Shown here: positions 35,756 through 45,314 of the stretch, piece after piece
How the letters are laid out: the number at the start of each line of letters is the position of its first letter
Position numbering within the stretch: the stretch's first letter is position 1
Origin: Hyphomicrobiaceae bacterium
GTDB taxonomy: Bacteria > Pseudomonadota > Alphaproteobacteria > Rhizobiales > Hyphomicrobiaceae
Direction of reading: 5' to 3'
DNA length: 64,000 nt
NCBI GenBank assembly: GCA_036768475.1
Contig: DAIPMW010000012.1
Coordinates: forward strand, 35,825-99,824
Program-made: the position numbers and the translations under genes
The notes under the pieces: generated by a model
What the model was told of the DNA's origin: nothing
The model's input: only the letters and a program-made list of their open reading frames with translations
Database searches by the model: none

Positions 35756-37536
35756 GCACGCTAAATCTAGGCCTTATCGGCAACTGCAATATCAGCGCGC
35801 TCGTTGATGAGCGTGCCCGGATTGTTTGGAGTTGCCTGCCTCGATTTGATGGCGACCCGGTGTTTCATGCTCTGTTGGGGGCACCCGCGGAAGCTCCCGA
35901 AGATGGTGTGTTCGCGATCGACCTCGAGGGCCTTCAGGAGACGTCGCACAGCTACGTTCCCAATACCGCGATACTCAAGACTGTGTTGCACGGTCGTGCA
36001 GGTTCGATCGAGGTGACGGATTTCTCACCGCGCTTCAAATGGCGTGAACGTTCGTTCCGGCCACAGATGCTGGTGCGGCGGATCAAGCCGGTTTCCGGCA
36101 GTCCACGAATAAAAATTCGCATTCGACCGCGCTACCACTACGGCACGTTGAGGCCAACGCTGACATTTGGTTCCAATCACATTCGATATTGCGGCGATGG
36201 TCAGACGCTGCGACTGACGACGGATGCGCCTATCGATTATCTCATGAGCGAGGCGTCATTCCTGCTCGATGACGAGATCAACCTGATCCTGGGGCCCGAT
36301 GAGACTCTCGCCGACGGGGTAGAGCAGACGGGGAGAACGTTCGAGGAGAGAACGTCTGCTTACTGGAAATCATGGTCGCATCGCCTGGCGCTGCCGTTCG
36401 AATGGCAGGATGCCGTTGCACGTGCTGCGATCACCCTGAAGCTGTGCAGCTATGAGCCGACAGGTGCGGTTGTCGCCGCGATGACGACAAGCATTCCCGA
36501 GGCGCCGGGGTCGGGGCGAAACTGGGATTACCGCTTCTGTTGGGTGCGCGATGCATTCTTCGTCGTTCGTGCTCTCAACAGCCTGGCGGCGGTCCGCACG
36601 ATGGAAAACTATGTGCGGTGGATCATGAATGTCGTGGCTGCCTCACGCGGCGGGCGGATACAACCGGTCTACGGCATCGGTTTGGAACATGACCTTACCG
36701 AGCGCCTCGCCGGCAAGTTGCCCGGCTATCGAGGGATGGGGCCTGTACGGATCGGCAACCAGGCATTTGAGCACGACCAGCACGATACCTACGGCAATAT
36801 CATACTGGGGGCATCGCAAGCCTTCTTCGACAAGCGGCTTTTCATGTCGGTCGGGCGAACAGAGTTCGAGCGGCTCGAAGCGGTTGGTGAGCAGGCTTTC
36901 AATTTGCATGACAAGCCGGACGCAGGCTTATGGGAATTGCGCTCGCGTGCGCGCGTTCATACCTCCTCCAGTGTGATGTGCTGGGCGGGATGTGACCGAT
37001 TGGCAAAAATTGCCGTTCATCTCGGTCTGTCGGAGCGCGCCCGCTTCTGGCAGGCGCGCGCTGACAAGATCCGCAGCGTGATCTTTGAGCGCGCATGGAA
37101 CGAAAAGCGCGGCGCATTCGTTGAAAGTTTCGGTGGCGAGACACTTGACGCAAGCGCGCTACTGATGGGCGAGGTCGGCTTCATACCACCGCAGGATCCG
37201 CGGTTCGTGTCCACCGTAAAAAGACTCGAGGAGGTCTTGGCCCGCGGCCCCTTCATGCTGCGCTATGAGGAGGCAGACGACTTCGGCGTGCCAGAGACGG
37301 GATTCAATATCTGTGCTTTCTGGCGAGTTGATGCATTGGCACGTATCGGGCGCCGCGCTGAGGCGCGCGAGATATTCAATGATCTTCTTGCCGCGCGCAA
37401 TCCTCTGGGATTGATGTCGGAAGACACCGATTTCAACGACCGCGGCGCCTGGGGCAATTTCCCTCAGACCTATTCGATGGTGGGGGTGATCAATGGCGCC
37501 ATGCGTCTTTCGAAGTCCTGGGAGGACGGCACATGA
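35752..37536 (+). CDS. glycoside hydrolase family 15 protein (glucoamylase/trehalase-like)
   Basis: GTG 35752 follows AGGAGG and overlaps the otsB stop (GTGA). 594 aa with GH15 catalytic-domain pattern (NWDYRFCWVRDA, ...LGLMSED). Confidence 0.85.
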   Translation: MSTLNLGLIGNCNISALVDERARIVWSCLPRFDGDPVFHALLGAPAEAPEDGVFAIDLEGLQETSHSYVPNTAILKTVLHGRAGSIEVTDFSPRFKWRERSFRPQMLVRRIKPVSGSPRIKIRIRPRYHYGTLRPTLTFGSNHIRYCGDGQTLRLTTDAPIDYLMSEASFLLDDEINLILGPDETLADGVEQTGRTFEERTSAYWKSWSHRLALPFEWQDAVARAAITLKLCSYEPTGAVVAAMTTSIPEAPGSGRNWDYRFCWVRDAFFVVRALNSLAAVRTMENYVRWIMNVVAASRGGRIQPVYGIGLEHDLTERLAGKLPGYRGMGPVRIGNQAFEHDQHDTYGNIILGASQAFFDKRLFMSVGRTEFERLEAVGEQAFNLHDKPDAGLWELRSRARVHTSSSVMCWAGCDRLAKIAVHLGLSERARFWQARADKIRSVIFERAWNEKRGAFVESFGGETLDASALLMGEVGFIPPQDPRFVSTVKRLEEVLARGPFMLRYEEADDFGVPETGFNICAFWRVDALARIGRRAEAREIFNDLLAARNPLGLMSEDTDFNDRGAWGNFPQTYSMVGVINGAMRLSKSWEDGT

Positions 37537-38918
37537 GTCGCCTCGTCATCGTGTCGAACCGTGTTGCGGACCTTGAAAAGACGATTCAATGTGGCGGCCT
37601 TGCTGTGGCACTCGGAGATGCCTTGAGGGAAGCTCAGGGCATCTGGTTTGGCTGGGACGGCCGCATCGCCGACGACAGGACGCCGCTTGGCGTTGATATC
37701 CGGCAGCACGGCGGTGTGCAAACCGCGACGGTGCCGCTGACCGGTACAGAGTATGACCAATACTATGTCGGTTTCTCCAACAATATCCTCTGGCCGGCAT
37801 TCCACTATAGGCTCGATCTCGTCCAGATGGATCCTGGTTATGTCGAGGGATATCGACGTGTGAATCGCCGGATGGCTGCAGCGCTTCTGGGGCTCCTCCA
37901 GCCGGATGATCTGATATGGGTGCATGACTATCATCTCATGCCGCTGGCTTCGGAGCTTCGTGCGCTCAATGTACGCCAGAACATCGGCTTTTTTCAGCAC
38001 ATCCCGTTTCCCTCCCCCGATATCTTTGTTGCAGTTCCCGAGCATGAGTGGTTGGCGCGCGCCCTCTTTTCATATGATGTGGTCGGCTTTCAGACTCATG
38101 CCGACAAATCCAATTTCTTCCGCTATGTCACCGAGCATCTCGGCGGCGAGGCGATAGGAGCTGGTCGGGTGAAGGCGTTCGGGCGAACGGTTGTCGTCGA
38201 TGCATTCCCGATCGGCATCGATGTCGACGCCTTCTATGCAATGGCTCATACGCGAGAGGCTGATGAGCAGATCGAGCGTCTGCAACGCAGAAGCATTTCA
38301 AGCGTGCAGATTGTCGGTGTCGATCGTCTTGACTACACCAAGGGTCTGCCGGACCGCCTTCGCGCATTCCGGCGTCTGCTGGAGCTCTATCCGGAAAACC
38401 GAAAGACCGTCACGCTGATGCAGATCGCGCCGGCGACTCGCGAGGACGTCGCGGCATACGCCGACATTCGCCAAGAGCTGGAAGGCTTGTCGGGCGCCAT
38501 TAACGGCGAGTTTGGAGATTTCGACTGGACACCGGTGCGTTATATTCATCGGCCAATTCCGCGCAATACGCTCGCAGCGCTATTTCGCGGCAGCCAGGTG
38601 GGGCTGGTCACACCGCTGCGCGATGGAATGAATCTCGTCGCCAAGGAATATATTGCCGCGCAGGACGTGGACAATCCCGGCGTCCTTGTTCTGTCGCGTT
38701 TCGCCGGCGCGGCCGAGGAGATGGATGAGGCGGTGATCGTCAATCCCTACGACACGGAGGAGGTTGCGGTTGCTCTGCAGCGGGCTTTGCGGATGCGGCT
38801 GGATGAGCGCAAGGTGCGTTACGCAGCGTTGATCCGACGTATCCGGAAGCATGATGTTTCGCGCTGGCGGGACTCGTTTCTCAAGGCACTTCGCCAGAGC
38901 GGGGAGACGCTGCGGTGA
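37533..38918 (+). CDS. otsA: alpha,alpha-trehalose-phosphate synthase (GT20)
   Basis: 461 aa. SRLVIVSNRV...GGLAVAL...WFGWDG, VGVDRLDYTKG. ATGA overlap with the GH15 gene. Confidence 0.93.
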   Translation: MSRLVIVSNRVADLEKTIQCGGLAVALGDALREAQGIWFGWDGRIADDRTPLGVDIRQHGGVQTATVPLTGTEYDQYYVGFSNNILWPAFHYRLDLVQMDPGYVEGYRRVNRRMAAALLGLLQPDDLIWVHDYHLMPLASELRALNVRQNIGFFQHIPFPSPDIFVAVPEHEWLARALFSYDVVGFQTHADKSNFFRYVTEHLGGEAIGAGRVKAFGRTVVVDAFPIGIDVDAFYAMAHTREADEQIERLQRRSISSVQIVGVDRLDYTKGLPDRLRAFRRLLELYPENRKTVTLMQIAPATREDVAAYADIRQELEGLSGAINGEFGDFDWTPVRYIHRPIPRNTLAALFRGSQVGLVTPLRDGMNLVAKEYIAAQDVDNPGVLVLSRFAGAAEEMDEAVIVNPYDTEEVAVALQRALRMRLDERKVRYAALIRRIRKHDVSRWRDSFLKALRQSGETLR

Positions 38919-39838
38919 GCGGTCCCCTCCTGCTTGCCGATGTCGGCGGCACGAATGTGCGGTTCGCCATGTCGCGCCATGCCGGTCAGATCGAGAACGT
39001 ATGTGCGTATGCAGCCAGTAGTTATCCGCAGTTCTCCGACGCGCTTGGCGCATATCTAGCGGAGGTGACTGTTCGTGGATGCAGCCTTGCGGGGGTGCGC
39101 ATTGCTGCGGCGGGTCCGGTAGAACAAGGTTTCGTAGATCTGACCAACTTGCCATGGCGCATCGAGGTCGCCGCGATCGAGAAGCAGGTTGCGGCGCCGG
39201 TCCGCCTTCTCAACGACTTGGAGGCCGTTGCCGCCTTTCTGCCCTACGTTCGCGACCGTGATGTGACGTCCATTGGCGCAGATTGGCGCATAGGGCCGCC
39301 CGCAACACGTCTGGCGATCAACATCGGTACCGGATTTGGTGCGGCAACGGCTCATCACATCGATCCTGGCGGCTGGGCGATAACGGCGAGTGAGGCGGGT
39401 CATATGACGCTGGGTCCGGGCGCGTTTTCCTGTTGGCGGGACGATGCGGAACTGCGTCATGCGGTGGAAGATTTTCTCTCGGGGCCCAGCCTGGTCGCAT
39501 GGTACCGTCGCCGGCTTGGCAATGCTGGCGGCGAGGCGGCGTCCGCAGCTCAAGTTTTTGCGCAGGCTTCATCAAATCCACGGGTAGCGAAGCTGGTTGA
39601 TGATTTCACGCAAGCGCTCGGATGTGTCGCGGGCAATCTCGCTCTGGCATATGCAGCGTGGGGCGGTGTCTTCCTCTGTGGCAGTGTCGTCAATGGTTGG
39701 AAGGCAGCAGCGGATGCAGCGGCATTTCGTGCTGCTTTTTGTGACAAGGGTAAAATGAGGCACCGCATGACTGCCGTACCGACATGGCAACTGGTCGTGC
39801 CCAATCCTGCGTTGTTGGGGTTGAGCTACACAGCTTAG
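38915..39838 (+). CDS. glk: glucokinase
   Basis: 307 aa. LLADVGGTNVRFAM N-terminal ATP motif. GTGA overlap with the otsA stop. Confidence 0.85.
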   Translation: MSGPLLLADVGGTNVRFAMSRHAGQIENVCAYAASSYPQFSDALGAYLAEVTVRGCSLAGVRIAAAGPVEQGFVDLTNLPWRIEVAAIEKQVAAPVRLLNDLEAVAAFLPYVRDRDVTSIGADWRIGPPATRLAINIGTGFGAATAHHIDPGGWAITASEAGHMTLGPGAFSCWRDDAELRHAVEDFLSGPSLVAWYRRRLGNAGGEAASAAQVFAQASSNPRVAKLVDDFTQALGCVAGNLALAYAAWGGVFLCGSVVNGWKAAADAAAFRAAFCDKGKMRHRMTAVPTWQLVVPNPALLGLSYTA

Positions 39839-39871
39839 GTCCGACGTGTTTCAATCAAAACCCGACCTGCT

Positions 39872-39974
39872 CAAGAGCATTTTTAGCTGAAGTGCAGCGG
39901 TTCAGCTGAAAAACATGCTCGAAACAAGATGCTGGATTGCGTTCATGTTTTCATCAAACATGAACGCGATCTAG
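39872..39974 (+). repeat. double-hairpin intergenic repeat, copy C
   Basis: agagcatttttagctgaagtgcagcggttcagctgaaaaacatgctc...gattgcgttcatgttttcatcaaacatgaacgcgatctag. Lies between convergent glk and fdhA. Confidence 0.9.
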
Positions 39975-39999
39975 GCGCACCTGCAAATGAACGTACCAT

Positions 40000-42348
40000 T
40001 CAGCCGATTGGCTCCAGCCGAGCCGCGGTCCGCTTATAGGCTGGTGTGTGCGATGCAGGATCGAACTTTGTGCCGACCAGACGGTTGGCCGGAGCCTCGC
40101 CGAAATGGAAGGGGTAGAAGATCGCACCTTCCAGCGTTTTGTCCGTGACCCGCACCTTGACCTCCACCGAACCGCGCTTTGTCACGATGCGGCCGCGACC
40201 GCCGTCCGAGAGGCCATAGCGGCGCGCGTCTTCGGGATGCACCTCGACCTCACCTTCCGGCCGCATATGATTGAGTCCGCGCGAGCGGCGCGTCATCGTC
40301 CCCGTATGGTAGTGCTCCAGTAGCCGCCCGGTATTGAGGTTCAAGGGATAAGCGTCATCCACCTGATCAGCCTCGGTGTCGTTTTGATGCAGGACCGAGA
40401 ACGTTGCTTTACCTGTGGGCGTCGGGAAAATTTCGGCATAGAGGAACCGTGTCCCCGGGTGGTCGGCGTCGAGACAGGGCCATTGCAGCCCACCATCGCC
40501 AAGCCGTTCGTGGAGCATGCCGGCATAACTCGGGACGAGCGACGCGATCTCTTCCATGATCTGCGCTGTTGATACATAGCTCATTGCGTAGCCCATCGCT
40601 GTCGATAGGTCGCACACCACCTGCCAGTCAGGTCGCGCTTCGCCAGGCGGCGGAAGGGCAGGGCGCAGCAGCTGAACGCGCCGCTCCGTATTGGTGAAAG
40701 TACCATCCTTTTCTGCAAAGCTCGCGACCGGGAGCACGACGTCCGCCAGCGCGGCTGTCTCCGACAGGAACAGATCCTGCACCACCAGTAGTTCGAGTTT
40801 TCGAAGTCCCTGCTCGACCTCGTCGATATCAGGGCTCGACCCCATCGGGTTTTCACCCATGATGTACATGGCCTTGATGTCACCATGCACCGCGCCTTCC
40901 TCGAGCTGCACGACCGTCTTGAACGTGTTGTCGGGCAGCGAAACGCGCCACGCTTTCTCGAACTTGGCGCGATCTTTCGGGTCTGTGATCGAGTGATACC
41001 CCGGCAGTGCGTTGTGCTGGCCCTGCATATCGGATGCGCCCTGCACGTTGGACTGCCCGCGCAGCGGGATGAAGCCGGTGCCGGGCTTGCCCACATGCCC
41101 GGTCAACAGCGACAGATTGGCCATCGCGAGGGCTCCGTCGACACCGGTCAGATGCTGCGTCACGCCCATGCCCCACAAAAGCATGCCACGCTCGGCCTTG
41201 CCGTAGATCAATGCCGCCTGCCGTATACGGTCTGCCGGCACGCCCGTCAGCGCTTCGACTGCTTCGGGGGTGTAATCTCTGAGGTTGTCGCGAAATGCCT
41301 CCCAGTTCTCCGTGCGCGCCGCGATGAAGGCTTCGTTCGCCAGTCCCTCCGCGATGATGACGTGCGCGATGGCGTTGAGGACCGCAACGTTGGTGCCGGG
41401 TTTGGGCCTCAACCACACGTCGGCGTGGTTCACCATCTCGATCCGCCGCGGATCGACGACGACGATCTTCGCCCCTGACTCGTACTTGGCCTTCATCACC
41501 TGACTTGAGATGACCGGATGCGTCTCGGTGGTGTTGGAGCCGACAATGATGAATGCGGACGCCATGCGCACGTCGGGCGAAGAGGCGGAAGGTGCGCTTG
41601 AGCCCACCGCGTTCTTCAGTGCTACGGCGGAGGCCATATGGCAGAGCCGTGCACAGTGGTCGATATTGTTGGTGCCGAAGGCGCAGCGGATCAGTTTCTG
41701 GAATACGTAGTTGTCCTCGTTCGTAGCGCGCGAGGACGTAATGCCAGCAAGTGCGTGGGGTCCATACGTCGCCTTCACCGCGTTGAAGCGGCTCGCCGCG
41801 AACGAAATCGCCTCCTCCCAGCTTGCCTCTTCGAGCGGGCTGTTTTTGCCGCCGCGGCGGATCAACGGCTTCGTCAGCCTGTCTGGATGGTGAATGAAAT
41901 CCATGCCGAAACGGCCCTTGACGCACAGGTTTCCGGCATTGGCGTCCGAAGCGTGTGAGGGCTTCACCGCAACAATGCGGTCATTCTCGGTTTCCAGTTC
42001 GATGGCGCATCCAACGCCGCAGTAGCCGCAGACGGTCGTCGTCGTCTTGCGCAGGTTCCTGGGAAGGCGACCTTTGTCGGTGAGATCCTTCAGGGCGCCG
42101 GTCGGGCAGACGCCAACGCACTGGCCGCAATTGTTGCATTCGGTGTCGCGGAAGTCGGCTGTCCCACTGACGAGGGCGGGATAGCCCTCGTCGTCGATCG
42201 TGTAAACGTGGCGGTGCTGCACCTCGTTGCAGATACGCACGCACTGCTCACACTTGATGCATTTGGCATGGTCGAGCTGGAAGAACGGCCAGGAGACCAG
42301 CGGCTGCAGCGCGTTTTCGGCGCGAATACCCCTCGCAAACTCGTTCAT
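40000..42348 (-). CDS. fdhA: formate dehydrogenase alpha subunit (molybdopterin, Cys-type) with N-terminal 4Fe-4S ferredoxin domains
   Basis: ATG 42348 overlaps the upstream stop (ATGA). Motifs: CIKCEQCVRIC, CNNCGQCVGVCP, CGYCGVGC, LCVKGRFG. DHCARLCHMAS has Cys at the Sec/Cys position. No in-frame TGA. Confidence 0.85.
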   Translation of the reverse strand: MNEFARGIRAENALQPLVSWPFFQLDHAKCIKCEQCVRICNEVQHRHVYTIDDEGYPALVSGTADFRDTECNNCGQCVGVCPTGALKDLTDKGRLPRNLRKTTTTVCGYCGVGCAIELETENDRIVAVKPSHASDANAGNLCVKGRFGMDFIHHPDRLTKPLIRRGGKNSPLEEASWEEAISFAASRFNAVKATYGPHALAGITSSRATNEDNYVFQKLIRCAFGTNNIDHCARLCHMASAVALKNAVGSSAPSASSPDVRMASAFIIVGSNTTETHPVISSQVMKAKYESGAKIVVVDPRRIEMVNHADVWLRPKPGTNVAVLNAIAHVIIAEGLANEAFIAARTENWEAFRDNLRDYTPEAVEALTGVPADRIRQAALIYGKAERGMLLWGMGVTQHLTGVDGALAMANLSLLTGHVGKPGTGFIPLRGQSNVQGASDMQGQHNALPGYHSITDPKDRAKFEKAWRVSLPDNTFKTVVQLEEGAVHGDIKAMYIMGENPMGSSPDIDEVEQGLRKLELLVVQDLFLSETAALADVVLPVASFAEKDGTFTNTERRVQLLRPALPPPGEARPDWQVVCDLSTAMGYAMSYVSTAQIMEEIASLVPSYAGMLHERLGDGGLQWPCLDADHPGTRFLYAEIFPTPTGKATFSVLHQNDTEADQVDDAYPLNLNTGRLLEHYHTGTMTRRSRGLNHMRPEGEVEVHPEDARRYGLSDGGRGRIVTKRGSVEVKVRVTDKTLEGAIFYPFHFGEAPANRLVGTKFDPASHTPAYKRTAARLEPIG

Positions 42349-44249
42349 GGCCTCCACCCCTCCTTGCCGCGATAGACCTTGGTGCCTGCGCCGAACTCGA
42401 GTGAAAGCTTTTGCAGCGTGCACGAGCCGCGCGCCTGACAGACGCAAAGGAGACAGCGGCCCGCCTCGGTCAACGCAACGTCCTCGCCAAAACCCAGCTC
42501 CACTTCGGCGAAAGCGCCCTCGTTGTCATGGCTGCCGATATGCGCGGATGAGCGAAATGCACCGACGCGGGTCTTACCGTCGATGACCGGCATTTGCGCC
42601 AGCCGCGCGGCCGATTTCGCCGCAGCCCCGATGTCGAAGAACTTCGGGGTCTCTCGCCAGATGGTGGCGGCAATGCGTTTGCTGTCGCCACCCTTCAGAT
42701 AGGCGTCGATGGCATAGGCGCCTTTGCGGCCGGCCGCGACGCCTTCGACCACCGTCGCAGCCCCGGTCGCGCAGTCGCCGCCTGCGAACACACCCGGCAC
42801 GTTGGTCATCATCGTCTTTTCGTCGATGACGATGTGTCCCCACCTGTTGACCTCAAGGTGGCTCTCGTTCAGCGCGGCGCTATCGACGTCCTGGCCGATT
42901 GCCATCAAGATGGTGTCGGCCGGTGTGAAGTACTCCGAGCCAGTGACGGCTACCGGGCGCCGTCGGCCACTGGCATCGGGCTCGCCGAGTTCCATGCGTT
43001 GCGCCAGGATGCCGATTGCCCTGCCGTTCTCGACGACGATCGAATGTGGCGCCGAAAGGAAGTCGAACTTGATGCCCTCCACGTCGCACTCGTGCACTTC
43101 GTGTTCGGCTGCCGTCATTTCCTTTCTGGTGCGGCGGTACATCATCGTTACGTCGCTTGCGCCCTCGCGGCGTGCGGTGCGAACCGCGTCCGCTGCGGTG
43201 AACCCGCCACCGACGACAATCACCCGCCTGCCCAGGTCCACCCGCTCGCCCCAGTTGACGCGGGCAAGAAACGCCACGGCCGGCATCACGCCCGGCGCAT
43301 CCTCGCCAGGGATGCCGGCGGTCTTGCCGACCATGGCACCGAAGGACATGAAGATGGCGTCAAAACCCTGCGCCTTCAGATCGTCGATCTGGTAGTCGCG
43401 ACCCAATCGCTGGTTGCACGTGAGTTCGACACCGAGCGACAGGATGTCGTTGATCTCTTGATCGAGCACGTGGTTGGGCAGGCGGTAGGAGGGGATGCCG
43501 AATCGCAGCGTGCCGCCCGGTTCCTTCTCGGCCTCCAGAATTCTAACAGCATGCCCTTCAAGCGCCAGATAGTAGGCAGCCGACAGACCCGCCGGTCCGG
43601 CGCCGATAACGGCGACGCGCTTGCCCGTGGCCGGCTTCGGCTCGGGCTGCGTTGGCCGGCCCGTCTTGGCCGCCTCGTCAGCCGCAAAACGCTTCAATGC
43701 GCAAATAGCCACCGCTTCGCCGTCGATCTGCTTCCTCCGGCAGGGATCTTCGCACGGCCGCGGGCAGACGCGCCCGAGGATGCCCGGCAGCGGTAGCATT
43801 TCTTTGATGAGAGCGGTGGCTTCGACATATTTGCGCTGTGTGATGAGCTCGATATAGCCGGCAATGTCGATGCCGGCCGGGCACGCCGCCTGGCAAGGCG
43901 GCTGGCAATACGCATTGTGGTCGGACAGGTAGGCGTTGAGGCGTAGCTGCCGCTGCGCCAAGAGAGCTTGTGAGTGCGTCGTGATGTCGAGTCCGGGCCG
44001 CGCCATTTCGGTGCAGGCCTTGACGAAGCCGTCGCGACCTTCGATCTCGACGGTGCAGATTTCGCAGGCGCCCGTCGGCTTGATGCGGGTATCGGCGCAC
44101 ATGGCTGGGATGGCGATGCCGGCGCGTTTGGCGGCGGTGAAGATCGTGTCGCCGTCTCTGACCTCGACAATCGCACCGTCGATCGTGATGCTTCGCTCCG
44201 CTTCCACGGTGCCGCAACCGCTGTGCTTCCGGCTGTCGATGTAGCTCAT
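42345..44249 (-). CDS. FeS flavoprotein: NuoG-type 2Fe-2S N-terminus + GltD-like NAD(P)H/FAD module (formate dehydrogenase electron-transfer subunit)
   Basis: 634 aa. 2Fe-2S CADTRIKPTGACEICTVEI...ACTEMA. GltD-type CQPPCQAACPAG and CPRPCEDPC. Dinucleotide folds VAVIGAGPAGLSAA and VIVVGGGFTAAD. C-terminal CLLCVCQARGSCTLQ. Confidence 0.8.
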   Translation of the reverse strand: MSYIDSRKHSGCGTVEAERSITIDGAIVEVRDGDTIFTAAKRAGIAIPAMCADTRIKPTGACEICTVEIEGRDGFVKACTEMARPGLDITTHSQALLAQRQLRLNAYLSDHNAYCQPPCQAACPAGIDIAGYIELITQRKYVEATALIKEMLPLPGILGRVCPRPCEDPCRRKQIDGEAVAICALKRFAADEAAKTGRPTQPEPKPATGKRVAVIGAGPAGLSAAYYLALEGHAVRILEAEKEPGGTLRFGIPSYRLPNHVLDQEINDILSLGVELTCNQRLGRDYQIDDLKAQGFDAIFMSFGAMVGKTAGIPGEDAPGVMPAVAFLARVNWGERVDLGRRVIVVGGGFTAADAVRTARREGASDVTMMYRRTRKEMTAAEHEVHECDVEGIKFDFLSAPHSIVVENGRAIGILAQRMELGEPDASGRRRPVAVTGSEYFTPADTILMAIGQDVDSAALNESHLEVNRWGHIVIDEKTMMTNVPGVFAGGDCATGAATVVEGVAAGRKGAYAIDAYLKGGDSKRIAATIWRETPKFFDIGAAAKSAARLAQMPVIDGKTRVGAFRSSAHIGSHDNEGAFAEVELGFGEDVALTEAGRCLLCVCQARGSCTLQKLSLEFGAGTKVYRGKEGWRP

Positions 44250-44705
44250 CGTTCCACCACCTGAAATGAGTGCGCCCGGCTCGATCCTTCGTTGACGTCT
44301 GGTTCGGCGATGCAGGTTCGGCCATGAGGTTGCACAAGATTCCCGGAAAGCCGGCGACGTATTTTCTTTGCATCGGCAAAAGAAACACTTTGCCTTCTGC
44401 AGTTTTGTTTTGTGCGTTCAGGGATTGGCGCGAAATGGCGGAAAATTTCGAAAGATGACGTTGCCGCAACGACTTCGCAGCATGCACCTGGCGGATTTCA
44501 TCGGTGTCTGGGCGGCCGTCGCCATCACGCGTGCCGACCCGATTGCGAAACGGTGGCGCGATTTTCGGAACTGCTGCGCGACGAGCTGTCGCAGCATTTT
44601 TGCTGACGGCAGGGCAGGTCAGCCCGTTGCCGAGGAGCACATCGAGGCGTCGGCGCCTGCTTGGGGTACGACAACAATCTTGCGTCAGCGTCGCTAGTCA
44701 GTCTC

Positions 44706-44726
44706 AGTCTCATATGAGACTTTTTA
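44706..44726 (+). terminator. orphan plus-strand rho-independent terminator
   Basis: Perfect palindrome AGTCTCATATGAGACT followed by TTTTT. No annotated plus-strand gene ends here. Confidence 0.4.
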
Positions 44727-44784
44727 TGCGGTTGATTGGTTCTACTGATGTTCTTTTTCGTTGCCAGTAACGTATTGATTTTAT

Positions 44785-44860
44785 TGGTGCCGGCTGAGGG
44801 ACTCGAACCCCCGACCCCCTGATTACAAATCAGGTGCACTACCAACTGTGCTAAGCCGGC
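44785..44860 (-). tRNA. tRNA-Thr (anticodon UGU)
   Basis: Reverse complement GCCGGCTTAGCACAGTTGGTAGTGCACCTGATTTGTAATCAGGGGGTCGGGGGTTCGAGTCCCTCAGCCGGCACCA folds as a cloverleaf with anticodon loop TTTGTAA. CCA is encoded. Confidence 0.93.
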
Positions 44861-45314
44861 ATTCCGGGTCTGGGGTGACCCGCCGCGGTGGCGCCATGCG
44901 CTACCATGGGCAAACGCGCCCTTCTTAGCCGGTTCGCGTCCCGCACGCCAACCCCTTGTTCGTTCACCGCTCACGTATATCGGTGGATCTGGGGCAGCGC
45001 GCCGCGCACGACATTCCGACATCTAGAATTGGCCGCTTGTGTGCAACCTGAAGATACGCGCGTGGCCTTGTTGTCGCCGCTGCCATATCGCAACGCTTGT
45101 TGGCGTGGCAATGTCCAAGTGGCCCAGAGATTGCAAGAAAAAATACTCAAGACTGTTCCGATATGGGACAATTGGGCGGTGGCCTGATGGTTGCTCTGAG
45201 AAATGAGGCCGTCGCGCCCCACGTCAGGTCTGCAATTTAGAGGAACGTTAGCCAATTTCTGCCATGAACTGGGAAAGTCTGTGTTCGACCAGCATTTGGG
45301 AGCTGTTTCAAATC

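Noticed and set aside
40000-42348. Selenocysteine recoding in the formate dehydrogenase alpha subunit.
   Set aside because: The ORF is uninterrupted, and the position equivalent to the Sec/Cys ligand reads Cys (CARLCHMAS). No in-frame TGA or SECIS-like context is needed.
44364-44384. Imperfect inverted repeat CTTTGC-atcg-GCAAAAG upstream of the fdh operon as a CRP/FNR-type site, and a sigma-54-like TGGCCGAACCTGCAT nearby.
   Set aside because: The half-sites do not match TTGAT-N4-ATCAA and the repeat has a bulge. The GG/GC spacing of the sigma-54-like string is two nt too short.
44525-45022. 165-aa minus-strand ORF spanning the tRNA-Thr gene.
   Set aside because: It reads straight through a well-formed tRNA cloverleaf, has a low-complexity translation, and no motif.
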